NCBI GenBank assembly: GCA_964016885.1
Contig: OZ024741.1
Coordinates: forward strand, 272,614,001 to 272,678,000
Direction of reading: 5' to 3'
DNA length: 64,000 nucleotides
From: Eledone cirrhosa
Lineage: Eukaryota
Shown here: positions 15,289 to 28,910 of the stretch, in pieces
Layout: each line of letters opens with the position of its first letter
How positions within the stretch are numbered: position 1 is the first letter of the stretch
Notes under the pieces: generated by a model
Database searches by the model: none
The model's input: the letters and a program-made list of their open reading frames with translations, nothing else
Told to the model about the DNA's origin: nothing
Program-made: the position numbers and the translations under genes

Positions 15289-17198
15289 ATCGACCAGGTC
15301 ATGAAGGTCACGGAAAAAGTAATAGCGCAACTAATCAGAGAGAGAATTGATCTAGATGAAATGCAGTTCGGATTTGTGTCAGGCAAAAGTACCACAGACG
15401 CTCTTTTCATTGTACGACAACTACAGGAGAAGTACCTAGCTAAAAGTAAACCCCTATACTTAGCTTTCGTCGACTTGGAGAAAGCCTTCGACAGAGTCCC
15501 CCGTTCCATTATCTGGTGGTCTCTTAGAAAACTAGGTGTTGACGAATGGCTTGTGAGAGCTATACAAGCCATGTATAAAGAAACAGTCAGTAAGGTTAGA
15601 ATTAACAACGAATATAGTGAAGAGTTTAGCGTAAAAGTTGGTGTCCATCAGGGCTCTGTTCTTAACCCCCTACTATTTATTATTGCCCTTTAGGCTATAA
15701 TAGAGGAGTTCAAGACTGGCTGCCCATGGGAACTCCTATACGCAGATGATCTAACGCTCATAGCTGAATCAATGACCGAACTAGAGAAGAAATTCCAAAC
15801 ATGGAAGCACGGCCTAGAATCAAAAGGCCTTAAAATTAACCTGGCTAAGACAAAAGTTCTAGTTTGTAGGAAAGAAAATATGGCGGCAGTCCCATCTGGG
15901 AAATGGCCATGCTCAGTGTGTAGGAAAGGCGTAGGTAGAAACTCCATTTTATGTCCCAAATGCAAAGTATGGGTGCATAAAAGATGTAGTGGGATCACAG
16001 GTAGGCTAACTAAGAACATAGATTTTACATGTGGCCGGTGCTCTGGTGCAATAAGTAGCAGCAAGTGCCCACAAAATACTAGCTCCTTCAATTGCGCAGA
16101 GGGTTCTATAGAAATAGTGAACAGCTTCCGTTACCTGGGTGACAAAATCAGCAGTGGGGGAGGGTGCTCTGAAAGTACAGTAGCTAGAGTCAGAACTGGA
16201 TGGAAAAAGTTCAGAGAGCTTATACCACTATTAGCCGCTAGAGGGTTCTCCCTAAAAATGAAAGGCAGGTTATACGATGCCTGCATACGAACAGCAATGC
16301 TGCATGGCAGTGAGACCTGGGCATTGTGTGCAGAGGATATACGCAGACTAGAGAGAAACGAAGCTTGCATGCTCCGCTGGATGTGCAATAGTAATATACG
16401 TGAACGGCAAAGCATAAACGAACTAAGGAAAAATTAGAAATAAGAGGGATCAGATGTTGTTTACTCGAGAGAAGGCTACGTTGGTACGGTCACGTGATGC
16501 GCATGAAAGACGACAGCTGTATAACAAAGTGCAGGGCAATAAAGATAGACGGTAGCCACGGAGTAGGCAGACCCAGAAAAACATGGGACGAGCTGATAAA
16601 TTCCGACCTCACACGCTTACACCTCTCCAAGACAATGTCACTGGACCGAGACCTTTGGCGGTACTCAGTAATAGAGAAGACCCGCCTTACCTAAATACAA
16701 AGTAAAAACCTACTACAGTCAGTAGGCATCTCTATCAAAACACCCCCCCGTCCCACCACCTCCACCCCATCCACACCGCCCATTTCAATGTACAGTTATG
16801 TTGGTCCCACAACATCCAGGCCGAAACAAATGAGATCGTGTAGGTGTCACGACAAAAAAACACACAGTCCACGCTGTAAATGTGGCCGTGTAGGCAACAC
16901 GGTAAAAACCTCCCAGCCCCACACTGTAAATGTGGTTGGTGTTAGGAAGGGCATCCAGCTGTAGAAAACCCGCCAGACAGTCCACGCTGTAATGTGGCCG
17001 TGTAGGCAACACGGTAAAAACCTCCCTGCCCCACACTGTAAATGTGGTTGGTGTTAGGAAGGGCATCCAACTGTAGAAAACCCGCCAGACAGTCCTATGC
17101 GAGCAAGACAACCACTCTTGCCTCAAGTGGGAGGGCCCCCGTCCAGACCCATGCGAGCGTGGAACACGGACGCTAAACCTGATGATGATGATGATGAT
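15289..17198 (+). mobile_element. RTE subfamily A, 5'-truncated, pseudogenised
   Basis: RT motifs with TAG stop at 15691-15693 and frameshift near 16430; (GAT)n tail. Confidence 0.92.
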
Positions 17199-17202
17199 AT
17201 AT

Positions 17203-17233
<31 letters not shown>

Positions 17234-17242
17234 AACATATAT

Positions 17243-17273
<31 letters not shown>

Positions 17274-17276
17274 AAT

Positions 17277-17307
<31 letters not shown>

Positions 17308-17358
17308 AATATATATATATATAAATATATATATATATAAATATATATATATATAAAT

Positions 17359-17421
<63 letters not shown>

Positions 17422-17450
17422 TATAAATATAAATATATATAAATATAAAT

Positions 17451-17495
<45 letters not shown>

Positions 17496-17516
17496 TAAAT
17501 ATATATAAATATAAAT

Positions 17517-17563
<47 letters not shown>

Positions 17564-17602
17564 TATAAATATATATAAATATAAATATATATAAATATAA
17601 AT

Positions 17603-17641
<39 letters not shown>

Positions 17642-17642
17642 A

Positions 17643-17673
<31 letters not shown>

Positions 17674-17706
17674 AATATATAAATATAAATATATATAAAT
17701 ATATAT

Positions 17707-17753
<47 letters not shown>

Positions 17754-17805
17754 AATATAAATATATATACATATATATATATAATATAAATATATATATA
17801 TATAT

Positions 17806-17867
<62 letters not shown>

Positions 17868-17912
17868 AATATATATATATATAAATATATATATATATAA
17901 ATATAAATATAT

Positions 17913-17963
<51 letters not shown>

Positions 17964-17966
17964 AAT

Positions 17967-17997
<31 letters not shown>

Positions 17998-18032
17998 AAT
18001 ATATATAAATATATATATATATATATAAATAT

Positions 18033-19947
18033 ATCGACCAGGTCATGAAGGTCACGGAAAAAGTAATAGCGCAACTAATCAGAGAGAGAATTGATCTAGA
18101 TGAAATGCAGTTCGGATTTGTGTCAGGCAAAAGTACCACAGACGCTCTTTTCATTGTACGACAACTACAGGAGAAGTACCTAGCTAAAAGTAAACCCCTA
18201 TACTTAGCTTTCGTCGACTTGGAGAAAGCCTTCGACAGAGTCCCCTGTTCCATTATCTGGTGGTCTCTTAGAAAACTAGGTGTTGACGAATGGCTTGTGA
18301 GAGCTATACAAGCCATGTATAAAGAAACAGTCAGTAAGGTTAGAATTAACAACGAATATAGTGAAGAGTTTAGCGTAAAAGTTGGTGTCCATCAGGGCTC
18401 TGTTCTTAGCCCCCTACTATTTATTATTGCCCTTTAGGCTATAACAGAGGAGTTCAAGACCGGCTGCCCATGGGACCTCCTATACGCAGATGATCTAACG
18501 CTCATAGCTGAATCAATGACCGAACTAGAGAAGAAATTCCAAACATGGAAGCACGGCCTAGAATCAAAAGGCCTTAAAATTAACCTGGCTAAGACAAAAG
18601 TTCTAGTTTGTAGGAAAGAAAATATGGCGGCAGTCCCATCTGGGAAATGGCCATGCTCAGTGTGTAGGAAAGGCGTAGGTAGAAACTCCATTTTATGTCC
18701 CAAATGCAAAGTATGGGTGCATAAAAGATGTAGTGGGATCACAGGTAGGCTAACTAAGAACATAGATTTTACATGTGGCCGGTGCTCTGGTGCAATAAGT
18801 AGCAGCAAGTGCCCACAAAATACTAGCTCCTTCAACTGCGCAGAGGGTTCTATAGAAATAGTGGACAGCTTCCGTTACCTGGGTGACAAATCAGCAGTGG
18901 GGGAGGGTGCTCTGAAAGTACAGTAGCTAGAGTCAGAACTGGATGGAAAAAGTTCAGAGAGCTTATACCACTATTAGCCGCTAGAGGGTTCTCCCTAAAA
19001 ATGAAAGGCAGGTAATACGATGCCTGCATACGAACAGCAATGCTGCATGGCAGTGAGACCTGGGCATTGTGTGCAGAGGATATACGCAGACTAGAGAGAA
19101 ACGAAGCTTGCATGCTCCGCTGGATGTGCAATAGTAATATACGTGAACGGCAAAGCATAAACGAACTAAGGAAAAAATTAGAAATAAGAGGGATCAGATG
19201 TTGTTTACTCGAGAGAAGGCTACGTTGGTACGGTCACGTGATGCGCATGAAAGACGACAGCTGTATAACAAAGTGCAGGGCAATAAAGATAGACGGTAGC
19301 CACGGAGTAGGCAGACCCAGAAAAACATGGGACGAGCTGATAAATTCCGACCTCACACACTTACACCTCTCCAAGACAATGTCACTGGACCGAGACCTTT
19401 GGCGGTAATCAGTAATAGAGAAGACCCGCCTTACCTAAATACAAAGTAAAAACCTACTACAGTCAGTAGGCATCTCTATCAAAACACCCCCCCGTCCCAC
19501 CACCTCCACCCCATCCACACCGCCCATTTCAATGTACAGTTATGTTGGTCCCACAACATCCAGGCCGAAACAAATGAGATCGTGTAGGTGTCACGACAAA
19601 AAAACACACAGTCCACGCTGTAAATGTGGCCGTGTAGGCAACACGGTAAAAACCTCCCAGCCCCACACTGTAACTGTGGTTGGTGTTAGGAAGGGCATCC
19701 AGCTGTAGAAAACCCGCCAGACAGTCCACGCTGTAATGTGGCCGTGTAGGCAACACGGTAAAAACCTCCCAGCCCCACACTGTAAATGTGGTTGGTGTTA
19801 GGAAGGGCATCCAACTGTAGAAAACCCGCCAGACAGTCCTATGCGAGCAAGACAACCACTCTTGCCTCAAGTGGAGGGCCCCCGTCCAGACCCATGCGAG
19901 CGTGGAACACGGACGCTAAACCTGATGATGATGATGATGATGATGAT
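18033..19947 (+). mobile_element. RTE subfamily A, tandem duplicate of 15289-17198
   Basis: Same 5' truncation point, same TAG stop (18435-18437), offset 2744 bp. Confidence 0.92.
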
Positions 19948-20013
19948 ATATATAAATATAAATATATATATATAAACATATATATATATAAATATAAATA
20001 TATATATATAAAT

Positions 20014-20044
<31 letters not shown>

Positions 20045-20079
20045 AATATATATATATATAAATATATATATATATAAAT

Positions 20080-20320
<241 letters not shown>

Positions 20321-20326
20321 ATATAT

Positions 20327-20374
<48 letters not shown>

Positions 20375-20408
20375 AATATATATATATATATAAATATATA
20401 TATATATA

Positions 20409-20440
<32 letters not shown>

Positions 20441-20453
20441 AATATATATAAAT

Positions 20454-20624
<171 letters not shown>

Positions 20625-20665
20625 AATATATAAATATATATATATATATATAAATATATAAATAT

Positions 20666-21325
<660 letters not shown>

Positions 21326-21331
21326 ATATAT

Positions 21332-21407
<76 letters not shown>

Positions 21408-21550
21408 TTCGATATATATATATATATAAATATATATATATATTTCGATATATATATATATATAAATATATATATATATTTCGATATATATATATATATA
21501 AATATATATATATATTTCGATATATATATATATATAAATATATATATATA

Positions 21551-21946
21551 TTTCGATTCTGAATTTGTTTAGCAAGATTCTTCATCTGAAATCGTGTGTT
21601 GAAACCGATATTGTTATACTTTGGGAGGGTCATGTTGCAAATAAGAAACACACGCACCAGTTGCTTTCACTGAGCACACAACACACACACAGAAACAAAA
21701 TGGCTTAGGACAGAACAAAGGAGAGGCACAGAAACAAAGAAAGGAATCCCCAGTCACTGAAGAGGTCACAGAGTGTGTGATGAAAGAACTATGACAATAT
21801 ATAAACAACTATCTGGTTGTGGAACCAACCAACCAACCAGAAATTTATAAATTTATTATAAATTTATTATAATAATAAATTGAAGTGAATCAACTGGTGC
21901 GTGTGTTTCTTATTGGCAACATGACCCTCCCAAAGTATAACAATAT
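21551..21946. mobile_element. Inverted pair of PLE pseudo-LTR fragments (MTLPKYNN family)
   Basis: 21609-21671 is the reverse complement of about 21885-21946; other copies at 38693, 40027, 47557. Confidence 0.75.
21753..21795 (+). ncRNA. Minimal type I hammerhead motif; partial second copy at 38693-38732
   Basis: GTCA-CTGAAGA-g-GTCACA gagtg TGTGAT-GAAA-GAAC-TA-TGAC. Confidence 0.65.
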
Positions 21947-21948
21947 AT

Positions 21949-22211
<263 letters not shown>

Positions 22212-22241
22212 AATATTTATATATATATATATATATATAAA

Positions 22242-22279
<38 letters not shown>

Positions 22280-22290
22280 TATATATAAAT

Positions 22291-22326
<36 letters not shown>

Positions 22327-22523
22327 GTAGATAAATCTACCAAGAGTTTACGGTAGTGTCCAATCCGTATGAAGAACTCAATGTATTCCGGATATCATGG
22401 AAAGAAGAGATGTAATGAAAAATCACTTTCGGTGAAAGATAAACGGTATACAGAGTCAAGATAAAATATTAAACAAATAATGAATAAAACAATGAAACAG
22501 TTCCTTATATTAAACAAAAAAAG

Positions 22524-22677
22524 TTCATTATTTAACGATCGTTTCTAGGATATATATGTGTTAGAATTGGCATGCATATTCAACAGATCTATGTACAAAA
22601 TTATACAAAATTATACAAACTATCAAGATTAAATATACATACCAACACATATATACGCCGTCTTCAGAAATAATGAA
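22524..22677 (-). ncRNA. Type I hammerhead ribozyme with long stem II insert
   Basis: Minus strand: TTCATTATTT-CTGAAGA-[about 110 nt, TATATATGTGTT/AACACATATATA pairing]-GAAA-CGATCG-TT-AAATAATGAA; 10-bp stem I. Confidence 0.75.
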
Positions 22678-23289
22678 ATATATTTATTGATAATAACAAC
22701 AATTCAAAATTTCAGGTCCGTTTGGGAACAAAATTGACCAATGAAAATACAAAAGGTTTTATGCAGTTCGGTGTGTGTATATACATGTAACTACCCTTAC
22801 ACATATTTTACAAAAATGTATGCTCAACATGTATACGCATACCAAAAGGATGGATGCAAATACAAAATTTCAAGGTTAATGTCTCTGTAAGTTTATAATG
22901 CACAGATAAGATGCGTATAGACACATAAATATGAAATAAGTGTATACACATATTCTCATACTCACACATATCCGTACAATCACACACACGCGCGCGTATA
23001 TGCATAAACATACACATAATTACGAACATACAAACACACACACACCCCCACTCACATATATATATGTGGATATAATATCATAAGCACATGGATATTAATT
23101 CACTCACATAAACACTGTCACACACATTTAGATCAAGATACAGAAATTAGGTGGGAGGGGGGGAGAGGTCAGTATTCAACGGTTTGGGCAGACTGCTTAT
23201 TATAGATGTATCTATAAACTAAGAAAATAAAAAATAAAAATTAAAAAGGAAAGAAAAGAAAAAGAAAGAAGAAAAAAGAAATATATCAA

Positions 23290-23327
23290 GAAAATATATA
23301 TATATATATATATATATACATACATAT

Positions 23328-23374
<47 letters not shown>

Positions 23375-23470
23375 AACACATACATATACACACATCCACA
23401 CTTAGAACATACATACACACACATATATAAACATATACATATACACACATACACACATATACACACATAC

Positions 23471-23515
<45 letters not shown>

Positions 23516-24031
23516 TACACATATAATCACACATACTATATAGACACACATATATATACACACATACACGCACATATACATACACATACATACTTATATA
23601 CATACAGATATACACATACATACCTATATATAGACGCAAATACATACAGATATACATACATACATACACACAAATACTTACGCATCCATATATCGGTATA
23701 TACATACAAACACCACTACACTCTCACACAACTCAGACATACAAAGAAAAAGGTATATACCTATATACATATACATATACAAATAGAGATACATATACAT
23801 ATATATATACATATATATACACATATATATATACATATACATACACATATACACACATATACATACATACACATACATACATGTACACACACATACATAT
23901 ACATACATACACACATACATACATACATATATATTCATACACACACATACACCTACACGAACATACACATACACATATATAAAGATATATATACACACAC
24001 ACACATATACACACACACACATATATATAAA

Positions 24032-24084
<53 letters not shown>

Positions 24085-24411
24085 CATATACATACACACA
24101 TACATAGACATATATGTACATACATACACATACATACATACACACACATATATACATATATATACACACATAGATACATACATACATACACACACAACAT
24201 ACATACACACACATATATACTCATACATAGAATTAGATATATATTCATACATACATACGCACTTACATATACTCATATATACAAATACATACGCATCCAT
24301 ATATGCGTATATACATACAAACACCACTACACCCTCACACAACTCAGACATACAAAGAAAAAGGCATATACATATACATATATACACGCATTAATAGAGA
24401 TATATATACAC

Positions 24412-24442
<31 letters not shown>

Positions 24443-24660
24443 CACTTATATATATACACCCACACACACATACAACCATAAACACACATACAAAACATAC
24501 AAACACACACATACACATATATATACACATACATATATATACACACACACAAAAAACAGACATACATATATATATTTTTTTACACATATATATACACATA
24601 TATATACATATACACACCCTCACATATACACACATACACATAAGTTATATTATAATAATA

Positions 24661-24713
<53 letters not shown>

Positions 24714-25240
24714 CGAATATAGACATATATACACACATAGATATATATATATATATACATATACACACACACACACACACACACTCACATATATATGTGC
24801 GCACACGTACATATATACACATACACACATATACACGTAAACACATACATGTGCATACATGCACACACACACATATACCCACATAGATATGAAGATAGAC
24901 ATATAAATAGAGAGACATACATATATATACACACACATATATACATACATACACACATATATATATATAAATATATATATATACATACACACATACACGC
25001 TCACACACATATACACATATACACATATATATACATACACATACACATACACATATATATACACACATGCATATATACACATATATATATACATACACAC
25101 ATATATATACACACAATCTTACATTCTTATTTGCATGCGCATATATGTATTTTTATATTCAGATATAAATACCCAAACATATATACACCTACCTACATAT
25201 ATATTCATACATACACGCTTACAAACACAGATGATAATAG
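23290..25240. repeat. Compound (CA)/(TA)/(CATA) low-complexity region with internal duplication
   Basis: Block near 23680-23790 recurs near 24290-24400. Confidence 0.85.
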
Positions 25241-25812
25241 TATGGGGGAAAGGGGGGGGTTGGAGAAGGGGATTATAGTAAATATATGTTTCAAGAAACA
25301 TAGAATATTATCTGTATCTGGATCCAATGTATGTTTTTACATAGTTTCAGTGTTAGGAAATACAAGAAATAAGGCAAAATTTATGCATTTCAAAATAAAT
25401 AAGTATACCATTAATTATATGTTAACTAAACTAAAGATAGTTAACATATTGATTTCTAAGGTGTAAATTAGTTAGGTTTATAATATTTGAAGCAGAATTT
25501 TGAAGTTAAATAGTAGTAGAGTATTAATTATAGTATAACTAAATTAAAGTTAATAACGTTATGGTATCAATATTAGGAAATGAATTTAGTAATAGGGAAA
25601 AAACAAATAAAGTATTACATCGGTAGTAGAATATAAATTATAGGTTAACTAAATTAAAAATTATATATTAATTTCTATAGTATATGTTAATTCGGTATAT
25701 AATAAATAAAACAGATATTGTATTTTATCAATAGCGGAATATAATTATATGCAAATAGAAATCAAAATTAATACATATACATATACATATACATACACAT
25801 ATATATATACAT

Positions 25813-25855
<43 letters not shown>

Positions 25856-26343
25856 TACACATACATATACATACATGCATATACATATTTTTTCAAAAAT
25901 TGCAAAGAATATATTAACTAGGTATATATCCAAAACACATCCCATTCTATGATTACATGACATTCTGCAATCCGTCTGTATAAGGATACTAATTTTAAGC
26001 CAATTAAATTAAATTTTTAGGTTGACTAAATTTAAAACCAAATTATAAATATATTTCTAAAATGTATATTAATTAGGTCTATAATACTAAAAATTATTTC
26101 TCTGTCATTGGATACACGATATTTTGTTATATTTTATCTGTAAAGGAATTTTAATAAAAGGTTTAAATAAATTAAAATTAATCTATAAATTAAATTACTA
26201 AGTATATATTAGTAATATTTAAAGGTTTTTCACAATTTATGATTACACAATATTTTATATTCTCATCTGTAATAGAATTTTAATTAAATTAAATTTATAG
26301 GTTAACTAACATTTAAATTAAATTAATTTCTAAAATAATGTTA

Positions 26344-26930
26344 TTAATTAGGTTTATAATATTTAAATGTTTTTTTTAGTTTATGATTACACGATATAAT
26401 TAATTCCTGTCGTTTATTTAATAGGATATCCTTAGATTTCATTATTTCAAATAGTTCTTGGGAACATAATCTACATTCATTTCTATTATTTTGATAAGGG
26501 GTGGCTCTTTTGAGCACACTCCAGGTCAAATCATATTCTATATTCTTATTTTTATAACTATTGATTTTTTCTGCTAGAGATGTTGTATTAGCCAGTGCGG
26601 CATTTTTAAAACTATGCTTGTGGGTATTAAACCTTGTCTTAAAATTGTTGGAGGTAGCTCCTATATATGAGCAAATAGAATCTTTAGTTTTAACATTACA
26701 TTTATAGACTATGTTGTTAACAAGACAATTCCCTTTTAATGGGCAGTTTGCTTTGTTTCTACAGTTACAACCTTTCGTTAATTCTGTATTTGAGGAGATA
26801 TTATGGTTAATTTGATGTACTGGTGGTATACTTATGGTTTTCTTACATTTATATGCATTATAGGCACTTATATTTTGTTTTATGTTATTTGTTGTAGAGT
26901 ATGAGAATTTAACTGTAGACCTATTAAATT
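26344..26930 (-). pseudogene. Hydra-type PLE linker + GIY-YIG endonuclease, 5'-truncated
   Basis: Minus frame reads FNRSTVKFSYSTT...GCNCRNKANCPLKGNCLVNNIVYKC...YIGATSNNFKTRFNTH...CRLC...LNKRQELIISCNH; the HHR at 22524 is probably its 3' pseudo-LTR (inference). Confidence 0.82.
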
Positions 26931-26993
26931 TTTTTTTTTAAATTAACTTACTTACTTAAATTTTCTATATATATATATATATATATATAGAAA

Positions 26994-27624
26994 ATTTAAG
27001 TAAGTAAGTTAATTTAAAAAAAAAATTTTTTTAAGAAATTTTCTTATTTTACGTCTTATATATTATTGTTCTGCATTCTCCTGCATTGAACCACCTAGGT
27101 ACTATGACATAACCTGTGTATTTGCTGGCATTAGCGTACATCTGTGCGCTTATGTTAGTAGATATATTAAATTATCTATATTTATCTCCAAATCACTGAT
27201 TTGTCGAGCAAACCTGCCAAAACCACTTCTAAAAATTTTTTTTGGGGGTCTTAGTAGGCGTCTGTCATCTTACCATCCCATTCCTACTAACTAGCCTCTG
27301 TGTCACGTGATTGATTCTTTAGAATCGGCCATATGATCAGTGGCAGTGAGAATTTTCAGTGGCTGGAATCCAGTCCTCGATAGCTGTTCCAGTTGCCGAA
27401 TTATTATTATTTTTATATGAGTCCCCAGTGTTCGCGCATCGCCTGGAGACTCGGCTGAGAATGACCTCCCTGATGACGCAATGAAATTCTCAACAGTTCA
27501 TTACGTAACTGTCTTTATCCCGTTGCAGAAACTAATTAGTTGGAGTGAACATTTAAGTAAGTAAGTTAATTTAAAAAAAAAAATTTTTTTTAAAGAAATT
27601 TTCTTATTTTACGTCTTATATATT
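26994..27624 (+). mobile_element. Non-coding HHR element, 557-bp unit plus about 70 bp terminal redundancy (retrozyme-like family R2)
   Basis: 26994-27064 repeated at 27551-27624; HHR at 27464; homologous to 41616-42493. Confidence 0.75.
27464..27546 (+). ncRNA. Type I hammerhead ribozyme
   Basis: CTCC-CTGATGA-cGCAATG...CGTTGCa-GAAA-CTAATTAG-TT-GGAG. Confidence 0.78.
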
Positions 27625-27778
27625 ATATATATAAATATATATGTATATATATATATTTATATATATATATATAAATATTTATGTATATATATATAAATAT
27701 ATATATAAATATATATATATATATAAATATATATGTATATATATATAAATATATATGTATATATATATATATAAATAT

Positions 27779-27812
<34 letters not shown>

Positions 27813-28034
27813 AATATATATGTATATATATATATATATAAATATATATGTATATATATATATATATATATAAATATATATGTATATATATATATAAATA
27901 TATATATATATGTATATATATATATAAATATATATATGTATATATATATATAAATATATATATGTATATATATATATAAATATAATATATGTATATATAT
28001 ATATAAACATATATATATGTATATATATATATGT

Positions 28035-28087
<53 letters not shown>

Positions 28088-28280
28088 ACTATATATATAT
28101 ATATATATTCGATTCCTGGACCAGGCGATGCGTTATGTCCTTGAGCAAGACACTTTATTTCACGTTGCTCCTTCTACCTGGAGTTGCGGAGTTGCGACCG
28201 ATAGATAGTATTAGCAATTGGAAAGACCAACGGAAACATTGTTCCCTCGGTCCGATTTAACGAAAGTCGATCGTCCTTTA
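28088..28280. mobile_element. tRNA-derived SINE fragment fused to a fragment of a second dispersed repeat
   Basis: B-box-like TTCGATTCC then TGTCCTTGAGCAAGACACTTT; 28190-28270 is an inverted homologue of 48660-48745 and 49370-49450. Confidence 0.55.
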
Positions 28281-28488
28281 TATTTATATATATATAAATA
28301 TGAATATAAATATATATATAAATATAAATATATAAATATATATATATATATATATAAATATATATATATATAAATATATATATAAATATATATATATATA
28401 TAAATATAAATATATATATAAATATATATATATAAATATATATATAAATATATATATATAAATATATATAAATATAATAAATAATAAT

Positions 28489-28521
<33 letters not shown>

Positions 28522-28553
28522 TATAAATAATAATATATATATATATAAATAAT

Positions 28554-28656
<103 letters not shown>

Positions 28657-28910
28657 TAATATATATATATATATATATAAATATATATATATAAATAATA
28701 ATATATATATATATATATATAAATAAATATATATAGAAATAATAATATATATATAGAAATATATATATATATATATATAACAATAACATATATATATATA
28801 TATATATATATAACAATAACAATAATAGCAACACACACAACTATGACGATAGAAATAACGACAACCCCTTAGAGAAACTATTTTTCAACCCAGCTGACAA
28901 AACATATAAG

